DNA from: Camelus ferus
Lineage: Eukaryota
Direction of reading: 5' to 3'
DNA length: 64,000 nt
NCBI RefSeq assembly: GCF_009834535.1
Contig: NC_045707.1
Location: forward strand, 52,888,001-52,952,000
A program made the translations under genes and the position numbers. Shown one piece after another: positions 1 to 12,355 of this stretch; position 1 is the stretch's first letter, and every line of letters begins with the position of its first letter. The notes beneath the pieces are model-generated. The model searched no databases and was not told the origin of the DNA. It worked only from the letters and a program-made list of their open reading frames with translations.

Positions 1-2649
1 CCATAGCAGACATCCGGGAACACAGAGGGAAATTCATTTCCATCCGTGTTGCCCTGAAGATCACCAAAGGAGACTGATAATGTGTAACCTTGGACGTTAA
101 ATTATTAATGGTTGTCGTGGGCTAAAATAAAGCACGAAATCAGGATGAAAGCCCAGAGTGAAGTTGCGTTTACAGGAAGTATTACCAAATTAAGACAAAA
201 GAAATACAGCATCAATAATTCAACAGCCTGGTAGATTGCATATGCGACCCAACCAGCAAGAAAAATCACACCCGGCTTCTGGCTTTCAGGGTTTTAGGAA
301 AATGATTTTTTTTTATTGGAAAGGACAGCAGGGCTATATCTCTGTTAATCTTTTTCCTCCTGCTCTGGAATTAAAGGGAATGAGAAGAGAGAAGCAGTGA
401 ATTTAAGAGACACAGAGAAGGCCATTTTATGTCTCACGAGGGCACCAGCTTTGTTAAAAGTCAGATAGAAAGGTAAAAAATGTACAGAAAATTCTGACTT
501 TCCACCCTCAAAATAAAATCATCATTTTATTAGAAATAACAATTATTTTTAGATGTTTAAGGAAGAGTGAGTGCTGAAAGGAGAATGTGAGCGGCGGTCA
601 GCAAGGACCCCTTTAGTATAAAACATCAAATACAAATATTGAAAGACTTCTTCAAATTCCCTCCTAGACCTCCAAGGCCAGTAAACACGCACGCTTTCCC
701 GCCCACTCAGGCTGCACTGGGGCCAGGGACCGCGCTGGGCAGCAGCAAAGCCCATCGGGCAGCTGTGGTCTCCTGCCCTCCACGGTCCCCGACCCCGGGC
801 ACCCCCAGCACCGCACAGTCACTCTGGGCGCCCTTCTGCGGGCAGGACCATGGACAGCGAGCTGTGAGGGCCTCAGTGACGACCGTTTTCCCCGCCTCTT
901 CAGCTGGTGTAGGCTGTGTGGGGACCTGCACGTCAGTTTTGCAGCAACACGCACACACCTGGGCACCGGGTCCAAACTGACAGCCCCGGGAAGTCTCACT
1001 GCGATCAAAGCCCGCCTCTCCGGGAAAACTCAGAAATGCTCTTCCCGGGCATCCATCCCCTCTCTACAGCCCTTACTAAAGACACTTCCCCAGAAGGAAC
1101 GGGTAGTGTAGCCTGCAGTAAAGGTCACCTTTCCTCCACATGCACTCAAGACAAAAGCTGTTTAAGACACTTCCAGTGTAGGTTAACTCAGGTCCAGCTG
1201 GAGGCTCTTTTTTTTTTGGCACTGATTTTAATGCTGATTCTCCAGGTCAGCCTTCAGATGTTCAAAGGTAATGATTTCAAAAAGAATAACAACAAAATTA
1301 ATAGCAGCTCAACTTCATTTCTCCCTTCTAGCCGGCATGCGGGGACTGTTCTCTGGCCACTGAAAATCAATACTTTCAGGAATGATGCTGACCCACTGCT
1401 AGTGAACAGCCTTCCCAGCAGGACAAAGAATGCTCTGAAAATTCAACTTACAAACATGTCTCAGGCTTTAGAAATGCAGTCAGTGTCAGAATCCCCACTG
1501 CACCACGACCTGCTGCTTCAGTAAGGAAAACAGGTTTACATTCCAAGGGTCTCAGTAACCTGGACAGGACCCACGAGCTGGGCGCCAACTTACACTGACG
1601 GATGGTCTTCTGTCACCCTGCCTCATGGGCTGTGACTGTTTGAAACTTCAAAATGGAGGAAGTGAAACGTGGCGGGCGCTCCCGGAGGATGAGGATGAGG
1701 CAGGGCGGGGGAGCCGACACTGTCAGAACAAGAACATGTTCTTCCCAGACTCATCCGTCAGGCTCGCAGACCTTCCGACCCGTGTGCTCCCCACGTGCAC
1801 AAAAGTGTCCACGATGCACGGAGACAAAACCATGGATGGCGTTTCTTCTGTGTCTAAAATATGCAGCTTTAAACAAATGACCATCCATGTAATCCTTTTA
1901 ACTCGAACTACATTTCAACGTGTGCATTCTAAACACTTAGAATTGTATTCTAAAGTTAAGGGGCTCAAGTGCTGTTCAGAGATTTTAAGCCAGAGAATTG
2001 GTTAGGAAATTACAACTAATTTAAACGATGGAACACCGGGAAATTGTTAAAAATCACATTCTAGATGATTTATATGCAGGTAATGTAGTACATTAAAAAA
2101 TATCTCCAAATCGTATATCCATTTTATGTCAAATAAATGTATCAGTATAGGTAAGATCTATAGATTTAATAACACTAGATATAGATAGAAATGTGGATGT
2201 AAATACATCCAAAAACCACTGAAGTTTCACACAAAAATATTCACTGCAGTTGTTCCATAGCAGAAGTATGGGTAATTTTTTGTATTTTCCCTCAAATTCT
2301 ATAAATTCCCCATACGTTTATATAAGAAAAATATTGATAATTACAGTCTATATAAATTTCTCTCAATGTATACCTCTGTGTATTGAGAGTCAGCATCCTG
2401 TACTGAAGTTCAAGAAATCTCACTGTATCTAAGCACGTCTCTTCTTGAAACGACACACCTCGCACGTCCAGGGGGCCTGGAGGCTGAAGGGCCGTGGAAG
2501 CAAGGCCGCGTGTGGATGAAGAGTCAGCAGCGGTCCACCTGCGGCTCCTGAGCAGACAAGGGAGGGGCCGCAGTGCTTCACGGTGTCGCTTAGAGGGTCC
2601 TCAGCTGACGGTGTTTGTGGACATGACATAAAGCTTTGTCCACTCTGTC

Positions 2650-3010
2650 AGGGAGGATGACTGTGTGGAGGAGAGATACCCCATCTTCAGAAGGTCGGAG
2701 GAATTGGCTCTGAACTGACACCAGTCCAGGGGGCACAGGTGCCACTCAGGGTGAATGGTCAGAGTGGGGCTTATGGAAGGACAGCTGATAAATAGTCTTG
2801 GTCTCAGTTTGTCTCACAGCGTGTCCTGTGGGCTCACAGGCCCATCCTGTGAGGGATCATTGGAATAAATATACTCAGAACTGACATAAGTCCCACAGTG
2901 ACCCCCTGACCCATGGAGTGAAGACTGGTATGGTAGGCAAAGCAGAAGTAACACCGAGAGCATTTCTGAGAGAAATCGCAGAGGTTAGTGTCACCATGAA
3001 GGACGGCAAA
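2650..3010 (+). mobile_element. Degenerate ERV-L internal fragment (protease region)
   Basis: ggaattggctctgaactgacacc resembles the ERV-L D-T-G-S-E-L-T protease motif. Downstream ggggcttatgga and gcagaggttagtgtcaccatgaaggac match recalled ERVL-int sequence. Confidence 0.6.
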
Positions 3011-3574
3011 GACGGAAGCACTTCACTGTACACCTGAAACACTGTAAATCAACTATGCTTCAGTAAGGGGTGGGGGTATGTAATAGCAGCCAGTATAAAT
3101 CCAAGCAGATCTGGGTCTAATGAGCAGCCTGCCATCACCCAGAAATAAACGCCAGGGGTTCAGACTGCAACTGACCCTCTGTTTCCTCTGAGCACCACTC
3201 ACACATTCTACGAAGCAGGGCTGGTGGGATTAGAAGCCTTATGTTGTCTCTGCAGAGCCCAGGTAAGCCCACATCCTCCATTTCTTCACTGGAAAAGGAC
3301 AGAGCTCCAGAAGACTGTCTGGTTCTTGGACAAATGCTGGGAACAGCAGCACCAGAGCAAAACACAAAAAGCAAAGACACCGGGAAGTGTGTGTGAGGCG
3401 CGTGGAGGGCAGCGGGGGAAGTGGCCCGCGGACTGGCCCAGCTGCTGGTCGGCCCTGTGGGCTCTCCGGTTCCCTCCCCTCTCTGAGCCCCGCCATCCTC
3501 AACTGCGTGGAGGGAGCAATGACCCACATCATTTATCGTCGGTGTCAGGTTCACATGAGACGGAAAGGCAGCGT

Positions 3575-3800
3575 CACATAGTGGTTGAGGGTGGGCTCAG
3601 GAAACAAGCAGCCTGGATTTCTGTCCTGGCTCTCACTAGCTGAGTGGTCCCAGGCAGGTTACTTAACTCTCGTTTAAGTTCCTTCCCCAGTAAGACGGAC
3701 AGTTCTTACCCTTAAGGCTCTAGGGAGGGTTGCATGAGCTGGCACATGAGGACTCTCGTGACAGAGCCTGGCCCGTTGCTAGTGTTCAGTATCAGCTATG
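3575..3800 (+). mobile_element. MIR SINE; other MIR fragments at about 16700-16830, 51960-52170 and 61730-61980
   Basis: MIR core ctcactagctgagtggtcccaggcaggttacttaactctc. Confidence 0.55.
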
Positions 3801-6544
3801 ACGACAATGACAGTCACGACCTTGAACCAGAGTGAGGCCCATCGAGGGCCCAGAGCAAGAGGCCCCGCACATGAGCAGTCCTTCCCACGACTCAGTAATC
3901 CCCTTTAAGACGAAGACCCCAGCTTGAGCTAAAATGGCAGCCCGTATTCACGTTCCTGCAGAAACCACAGCCCTGGCAAGTCGGTCGGAATCTCAGACAA
4001 CGTCTAACTCGTTTGTGTTTCTCCAGAGTCCATCAATGACTTCAACCAGTTCATCTCAAACTTTTCCAAAAACTATCCAACTCCTTTGTTCTTCTGTTGT
4101 GAGACTGTTACACTCAGTGCTTTTACTGTAAAGTTCTGTCCTAAATAGTTAAACCTCACCAGGCACTTTTATAGGGTTTGATGACGAGTGAGAAACATCT
4201 GTCCAGACAGACCCATGGAAAACCACTATTTTATTAAACACAGTTGCATTCACACGCCATGCACAGATCCGTGGTGGGGGGGCTGACAGCCCCGTGGAAC
4301 GTGGGTCAGGCTTTCCAGAGCCTGCTGGCTTCACCGGAAAACATACATTTCCTACCACTTTTACATTAGTTTTTCATGTTGTCATATTTTCAGACAAAAA
4401 TAACAAAACAGTTATACCAAACAATAATATTTCACACAAGTGGACACCTCCCACCTTCTCCAGTGTATTTATGTCTACGTGCTTGGAAGAGCTAACAGTC
4501 CATTACTGCATCCAAGCAATGACAGTGGAGCCCAGACTGTACTTCTGGGGGTAATAAATCACACGAACAGAGCAGCACTCCTAGCAGTGAGACCTGCAGA
4601 CGATAAAATGCGTGTACATTTGTCTTCTGAAAAAATGTAAACAGATATAGACAATGCAGAAATAGATCTATTGGTTAATGTCCAAAGACACCTGTTTTTC
4701 TCTTCTTTCTGTATGTTTTCTTATTTTCATGGTTTTTTTTTAACATGCCAGCCTTGCTTTGCAAAAATATGCATAATCAGGTTAGAAAAATGCTCAGCCA
4801 ACAGCATGAAGAGCAGGGGTTCTCAGATCCAGTTTTGCATCAGAAGCACCTGGGCGGCACCTGGTTTTAACCCAGACATTAACCTCCAGGGTTAGAGGCC
4901 ACGACAGTGGCTCTCCTTGGTGTCAGGGCAGAAGTGGGTAGTGACAAACGGGGACCAGAGAGGGTCTTCCTAGGAGACAGCAGTGTTCTTTTCCCTAACC
5001 AGAGTGATGATTATAATTATGTGTTTACTTTGTGACGTTTAATCAGGTTTCATACTTACAGTTCACACACTTTTGTGTCTCTATGCTATGCTCCAGTAAA
5101 AAGTCTTTTTAAAAATGAGTAACTAACGTGTAAAAAGTTATCAAGGAAATATTTTTTAAATGAAGGACTAGTCAAAAAGCAGCAAAAATTTGTATTTTCC
5201 ACCTCAGAAACAACACATGATGCCAGTTGTTCACCTGTTTATAAGAGGAGTAGGTTCCCCCACAACAGAAGAGGCACTGACTCAGGAGTGAGAGGCACGT
5301 GTTTGCTGTGCCCCGAGCCGCAGACCAGGGGCGCTGCTCACAGTCCCTCCTCCCCAAACCCGCAGGCCTGGGGGAGGCCCCAGACTGGCTCATGTTTGAC
5401 GGCTGCTCTGGCCAGGGAGCAGGGTCGTGTTTTATAATCACTGTTCCCCCCTCTGGGAACGTGAGAGTCAGGAGGAAAGTAATTGCCAGGAAGAAGCCGA
5501 GCAGGAGCGAATGGCCGGAGAGTCAGTCCGTCCAGGGTTTCGCTGATGTTAACTTGATTTAGTTATTGGCCTAAGTGACTGTATTAGGAAAATCAATACA
5601 CCTGAAACACACTTTTCCCAGGTATGTGGGAGAATTAGGTTATGTTTTGTGTTCTAGCACCCAAATCCAAGCAACCAGACTGATTCCTGAGCAATGAAGT
5701 TGATTCTTTTTTTTTTCCCCTTCATTCTATCTCTGAGTTTCTCAAAAATCTGAGCCTAAAGCAGAAAGCTCATGAGCTACTATTTTATTAAAAGGATGAT
5801 CCTGTCGGCAGACATGAGGGACAAGGTGACTGAGCAGGGAGGGCAGCAGAGCCAACGCGGGGACCCCTGCCCAGCCAGTCCCTGCCCAACATGAGTGACT
5901 GTTCAATCCAGGACACCCAAAAAAGTCCCGGTAACAGTAGATTGGGACTGGCCCTCGGACGAGGCAAAGGAGGATAATTCATGCACTGTTCCCCACTCCT
6001 GCTGGCCCAAGCCTACTTCTTGGAAGACTAACTCCCCACACTCCAGGCTGCACCCCCGTGCACAGGTGGGCCGCCCTGGAGAAGGAGGCCGGGGTGTGCC
6101 GTGTGGGATGCAGGTGAGGGCTGATCAGGTGCACCTGCACAGAGCTGCCCAGACAGGGATAGAACCAGAGACTGGGGAGGCAGAGAGGGTCTGCGGAGGC
6201 CAGGGGGACTCTGACCCAAAGCCACTCACTAGGCTTAGAAAAACACGTGTGGTCCCCTCAACTCTGTGAGGCAAACTCAAGGAGACGTTTAAGTATCAGC
6301 ATCACTGGCAACATCTTGTCTCAGAAAATGTGACATCAAATCAGTGCGGATTTATCTCGAGTTTGGAAGGGGTTTCATCTGAGCATTCTTTGTCAGTGTG
6401 TGAAAAGTCAAAAAAAACAAAAACAAAATTAAAGTCTCCCTCTAGTGTCCAAACTGCTATCTTACAATTCTGTCCATTATGAAATGGAGAAGCACATCCA
6501 GATGGCAAAATATTGATTAATCTTGTAGAGAACATTTTTTCAGC

Positions 6545-7150
6545 TGATAAATGGAGTAACAGAAAGTGGTATACGCATACAACAGTACACTACTCAGCCA
6601 CAAGAAGGACATGCTGGTTCAGGCAATGGCACGGGGGAGCCTTGACAGCACGTGGCCAGTGAAAGAGAGCTTCACACTGCATTTGTGTGAAGTGTGCAAA
6701 CTGGGCAAATCCCTGGAGGCAGAAGGTAGGTTCCATCTCCAGGATGAGGGGTGGGGGCTCCCTGCTGGGGGCACAGGGCTTCTCTGGGGGATGGGGAAGC
6801 ACTCAGGATTAGATAGCAGTAGTGTTTGCATGACTCCGCGAATCCCTCTAAAACCCTGACTCGTACCCTTTAGATGGTGGATTTTATGGAACATGAATTA
6901 CAGTTGACCCTTGAACAATGCAGTGGGCAGAGGCATCATCCCGTCACCCACCTAGTCAAAAATCTGAGTATGACTTCACAGTCGGCCCTCACATCCACAG
7001 CTCCCTCGTCCCCAGGGCAGATCAACCACCTGGATGTGTGGCACTGCGGTATTTACTCTTGAAAATATCCAGGAATAAATGGACCCACACAGTTCAAACC
7101 TGCATTGTTCAAGGGTCAATTGTGTATCTCAATAAACTGCTATTTAACAA
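6545..7150 (+). mobile_element. Old L1 (L1MB-like) 3' end, interrupted by the MITE
   Basis: L1 3'UTR-like sequence (cagctgataaatgg...tactcagcca...) ending tatctcaataaactgct. Confidence 0.65.
6901..7122. mobile_element. Tigger2/MER8-like MITE nested in an L1 3' end
   Basis: 23-bp TIRs: CAGTTGACCCTTGAACAATGCAG at 6901-6923 and its reverse complement at 7100-7122 (22/23 match). TA on the left flank. Confidence 0.85.
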
Positions 7151-7246
7151 AACAGAAAAATGCATAAATCATAAGTGTAAGACCCAATGAATTTTCAGTG
7201 AACACACCCTTGTAACTAGCACCCAGATCAAGAAATAGAGTATTCC

Positions 7247-7380
7247 TTTTTTTTTTTTTAATTTATTACATCTTAGAGGGGTTGAGGAGGGTTAGGTTTT
7301 TTAATGGAAGCACTGGGGGTTGAACCCAGGACTTTGTGCATGTTAAGCACACGCTCTGCCACTGAGCTCTACCCTCCCCC
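7247..7380 (-). mobile_element. tRNA-derived SINE, camelid Vic-1-like
   Basis: The reverse strand reads GGGGAGGGTAGAGCTCAGTGGCAGAGCGTGTGCTTAACATGCACAAAGTCCTGGGTTCAACCCCCAG (A/B boxes), followed by an A-rich tail. Imperfect TSD AAGAAATA(G/C)AGT on both sides. Confidence 0.85.
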
Positions 7381-8984
7381 AAGAAATACAGTCAGAAGCA
7401 ATCTTCTTCTTCAATATTCCCCACTCTCCTGACACCGTAAATTAGTTTTTACCCCTAATTTGGCCTTCACATGTATAGAATTACAAAGAATATGCCCTTT
7501 TGTGTCTGACTTCAACACAATAGCAACCCCCTCACATATGTGAGACTCACGCAACTGCTGTGCAGACCGTTCACTCTCACTGACCGGTGTCACCCTGCTG
7601 GGCGAACACACAGCACTGCACACATTCTGCTGCTGATGGATAAATAGGTTGTTTTCTGCTTTGCGCTGTACTGCAGGTCACGCTGCTATGACCGTTCGTA
7701 TAAAGATGGGTGCACTTTTGATGAACGTGTGTGCATTTCTGTTGGTTATATTCTTAGGAAAGAAATTGCTAGAATCTGAGTTATGCAAGGCTCCGGTTTA
7801 GTGAATTCTGCTAGTTTTCTGGTGAGAAGTATATGAAAATTCCAGTTGCTCCACATCCTTGCAAATGCTTTTACGCACAAGCACACACACACGCCCCTGC
7901 TGGGATTTTATTGGCATTGCACTGAATCTACAGATCAGTTTTGAGGAATTGACAGCTTGTCAATATTTAGTCTTCCAATTTATGAACATGGTAGGTTTCC
8001 CCATTTGTTTAGGTCTCTTTAATTCTCTTGTAAATGTCTTATAAAAATAATATTAGTCTTGCACAACTTTTATTAAATCAGTCCTAGGTGTTTAATGCTG
8101 TAAGTAATAACAGCCACGCCATCTCTCACAAGATCTGGACCTCAGCCCTGGTGGCTGCAGAGGACAGATCCCCTCCTGGGAGCTCCCATCTCAGCCCTAC
8201 TGATGGTGGCTGCTCCTTCTGCTATTCCCAAATTCTTTAGAGTTTTTCTTTTTATTCTTACTAGCCAATCCCTCTTACTTCAGTCCCTTGCATGGCTCAT
8301 AACTCTCTGTGTTAAACTTCCTCTGCTCAAATGACTGTGTGGTTCCTCTGTCCTGTCTGGACCAAGACTAACACACATGTAAAAATACTGTGCACATATT
8401 TTAAATGCTTAATATTTGTGATGCTTCTCTTTCACTTTTTGACATAGATATTAAGCATCCCCTGCCCGCTCACAGATAACTTTGTAACTATTTCAGTCTA
8501 ACTTGTTTGATTATCTCCAAATGTAAATAGAGAACCTGTTATTTTGTCAGTTGGCTCCCAGTATCTTCCATCTTTCCCAAGGCAAGAGATTAAAGAAACA
8601 TTTTTATAAGATTAAAATGCACCTTTAAAATACTGGGGAGGTGGAGTGGCAGGTTTGAATAGTGGACTAAAGACAAGATGGAAAATTCTCCTGTGTTTAA
8701 AAAATGGAGGATAAAATCATCAGAAGAATATGACAAAGAAACAAAAGGTGACCCTGGTAAAAGAAAAATCATAAACACAGGGAAAAAATATTTACTGTTA
8801 TAACCTTCAAGACTCTTTCTCTCACTCACTCTGTGGAAGACCTCATTCTGCCTCGTGGACTTAAATTCCTTCTACATGGTGCTGTCTCCCAAATTGGTGT
8901 CTCAGATCTCAACACTGAATTCCTGAACTGTCCATCCAACTGCCTACTCCATATCTCTACTCCTGTGCTTAATATACAGTTGAT

Positions 8985-9810
8985 CCCACGTGCAAAAGAG
9001 TGAAACCGGACCACTGTCTAACACCATACACAAAATCAATTCACAACGGAATAAAGACCTTAATTGAATGTAAGACTGGAAACCACAAAACTCCTGAAAG
9101 AAAATACAGGTGGTGAGCTCGTTGACATCAGTCTTGGCAATGATTTTTTGGATTTGACACCAGAAGTAAAAATAAACAAGTGGGATGACATCAAATAAAA
9201 AGCTTGGGCACAGCAAAGGAAACCACCAATGTAAGAAAAAGGCAACCTAATGGGAGAAGATATTTGCAAATCATATATCCGGTAAGGGGTTAATATTCAA
9301 TGTATGTGAAAAACTCATACAACTCAATAGGGGGAATAAAATCAAGTAATCTGATTAAAAATGGACAGAAGATCATAATAGATATTTTTTCCCAAAGAGT
9401 ATGTACAGATGGCCAACAGGTACATGAAAAGATGCTCAACATCAAATCATCAGAGAAGCACAAATCAAAACCACAAGGAGATATCACCTCACACCCATCA
9501 GAATGACTATATCAAAAAGACAAGAAATAAATGCTGGTGAGGATGTGGAGAGAAGGGAAACCCAGCTCACTGTTGGTGGAAATGTAAATTGATGCAGTGA
9601 CTATAGAAAACAGTATGGAGAGTCCTTGAAAAATTAAAAATAGAACTATCATATGACCCAGTAATTCCACTTCTGGGTATTTATCTGAAGAAAAATGTTA
9701 AGTCAAAAAGATATATTCACCCTATGTTCATTGCAGCATTATTCACAGTAGCTAAGATACAGAAACAATCTTTATGTCCATCAATGGATGACTGGGATAA
9801 AGAAAATGCA

Positions 9811-9853
<43 letters not shown>

Positions 9854-10380
9854 TAATGGAATATTATTCATCAATAAACAAAGGAAATCTTGCCATTGGC
9901 AACAACATGGATATACATTTAAGGCATCATGCTAAGTGAAATAAGTCAGACGGAGAAGACAAATACCATATGATCTCACTTATATGTCAACTCTAAAAAA
10001 TAAAAAATAATTTAAAAGCCAAGCTCACAGATACAGAGAACAGATTGGTGGTTGCCTGAGATGGGGGATAAGAGCTGGGCAAAATGGGTGAAGGTGGTCA
10101 AAAGCTACAAACTTGGCAGGTATAAAATAAACAAGTCCTGGGGATGTGATGTACAGTGTGGTGACTCAAGTTAATAATACTGCATTACATGTTTGAAAGT
10201 TAATAAGACAGTACACCTTAAAATTTCTGATTACAGGAAAAAAATTTGTCTGTATGGTGATGGATGTTAACTAGACTTACTGTGGTCATTTTGCAAGATA
10301 CACAAATCTTGAATCATTATGTTGTACATTTGAAACTAATATAATGTTAAATGTCAGTTATACCACATTTAAAAAAGAAA
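8985..10380 (+). mobile_element. L1 (L1MA-like) ORF2 3' part and 3'UTR
   Basis: Classic L1 motifs (atatcacctcacacccatcagaatg, tgctggtgaggatgtggagagaaggg, atgttcattgcagcattattcac) and an A-rich end. Confidence 0.85.
9811..9852. repeat. (ATAG)10 microsatellite inside the L1
   Basis: Perfect tetranucleotide run. Confidence 0.95.
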
Positions 10381-12215
10381 ATTTTAACAAAACTCTTAAA
10401 AGACTCATTCATGAAAACACTACTGAGAGAAATTTTAAAAGACCTAATAGGCATGCATACCATTTCTATGAATCGAAAAGCTCAATACCATTAAGCTATC
10501 AGTTCTTCTGAAATTGATCTATAGAGTCCAAGCAATTTCAGTCACAAACTAACAAAAAGATTCTAAGTTTTACATGAAAATACAATTGCCCTGGAAGCAT
10601 TGAAAAATAAAGTCATAAGGAAGCACTAGACCTGTAGCCACAGAGCGTTTGATAATGCATTCAAAATAAGGTTTACAACAGAGAAGAGACAGACCTTTGG
10701 AACAAAATACAGAGTTCCAAATTCACATTGAAATTTAAACTGTGATAATGGTAGCATTTCAAGTCAGTGGCGAAAATGTGTATCATTCAATGCAAGACAG
10801 TCAAATCCCTGGCTAACACTTGAACAAAATAAAGCTGAAGTCTTACCTCAGTCCCCCCATTAAAATGAACTTCTTTTTTTGTTTGTTTTGTTTGGTTTTG
10901 TTTTTAAAACAACTTTACTGTGATATAATTCCTGTACAGTAAACTACACGTATTTCAGACGTACAATTTGATGAATTTTAATAGCTGTATACACCTGTGA
11001 AACCACAGCCACAATCAAGATACCTAACATTTTCATCACTCCCCAATGAATCAACAATTTAAAGATAGAAAAAAAACCAGAGTTGGGGAGTTCATTTATT
11101 TATAAGCTCAGAATAAAGAAGTCCTTGCAAAGCAGAACACAAAACCAGAAACCATAAAGGAAAATATTGACAACTTTGAACACATAAATATTTATATAGT
11201 TTTCTTTCAGATGAGAAATGCCCCAAACACAGTCAAAAGACAAATGACAAAGTGGAGAAACAATCCTGAAATATTTGATAACAAAGAGCTAGTTTTATTC
11301 ATTGTGAAGAGCTCACAAAAACAATAGGAAAAAAAGATGAGCGCCCCAACGGGAAAATGGGCGATATGTATGAATAGGCAGATGAGAGACAGCCACAAAT
11401 TTACAAAAGGACATCTGCTCTGTCTTAGATATAAAGGACTTCTTTTCCAGACAAGGTATGTTCCCCGTCTCAGACTGATAAGTATCACAAGGTAAGCAGC
11501 ACCAGGTGTGGGAGGGGTTTGGGGAGGCAGGCACTCTCTCATCCCACAGTGCAGTGCATCCCTTTCTTGGAGAAGAATTTGGCTGTGTCTATCAAAATTG
11601 CAAACATACATTCCCCTGCCCTGTAGTTCATAGTGCAGACCTGGTCACAAAATTTTTCGAAGCAAGATTCCTGGGGATGGGAACCCGTGTTTCAGCAAAG
11701 TTTACTTTTCTCCCCTAGAACATGTTTTGTTTTGTTTTGTTTTTAAATACAGACTAAAATTACAGCCCTGTCTGTTTCTGGGAGGTGGATTTCACTCCAG
11801 TGCATTTTTCCTTCTCACATGGGAAGGAAGGAGGAAGCCAGGGGAGGTCCAAACAAGCCCACTCCACGCAGCCGGACACCTGCTTGCCCGCGCTCCTCTC
11901 CTCGGGAAAGTAAACAACTCTAATCCTCCTGTGCTTGCACATAAATGAGCTTATTTCCACCAAGGATGAAATCATGCGAAGGCCTCCAGGAGGCAGGGAG
12001 TCAGGCCTTCCCCACACACACGTCTATTGTGGGGTGAAACAAATGATTCCTGCAGGTGTTGGAGCAGTAAACCGATACGCCCCGAAAGGTGCGTCTGCTG
12101 AAAGGGGCATGGGGCAGCCTGGCCCTGTGACCAGTTCTGTCCCCAAGGACAACACGTCTGTGATCATATCTGCCAGAAAGCGCATTCGCCAAACCACTGC
12201 GGAAACCTGCAGTCT

Positions 12216-12355
12216 GGGGTGGGGGTGCAGCCCGAGGGTAGAGCGCGTGCTTAACCAGCGCGAGGTCCTGGTTCAATCCCCAGTCCCTCCGCCACGTAAA
12301 TAAATAAGTAGATAAATAAACCTAACTCCTCCCCACAAAAAGAAATTTTTTAAAA
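12216..12355 (+). mobile_element. tRNA-derived SINE, camelid Vic-1-like
   Basis: GGGGTGCAGCCCGAGGGTAGAGCGCGTGCTTAACCAGCGCGAGGTCCTGGTTCAATCCCCAG followed by a (TAAA)n...AAACCTAACTCCTCCCC tail. Confidence 0.8.

Noticed and set aside
916..1524. 202-aa ORF and other long ORFs in GC-rich DNA (17291-17938, 46304-46933, 54840-55451)
   Set aside because: No homology, coding bias or splice support. Two of them only overlap real exons in another frame or strand.
3224..3300. CRAQVSPHPPFLHWK, faintly like SULT exon 2, and a 7-nt AG|agcccag|GTAAG micro-exon-like pattern at 3256-3262
   Set aside because: No TTW/EIVD motif, wrong exon size and no partner exons. Likely chance.
12216..12300. tRNA-like sequence (also at 7300-7380)
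   Set aside because: A SINE head with an A-rich tail, not a tRNA gene.
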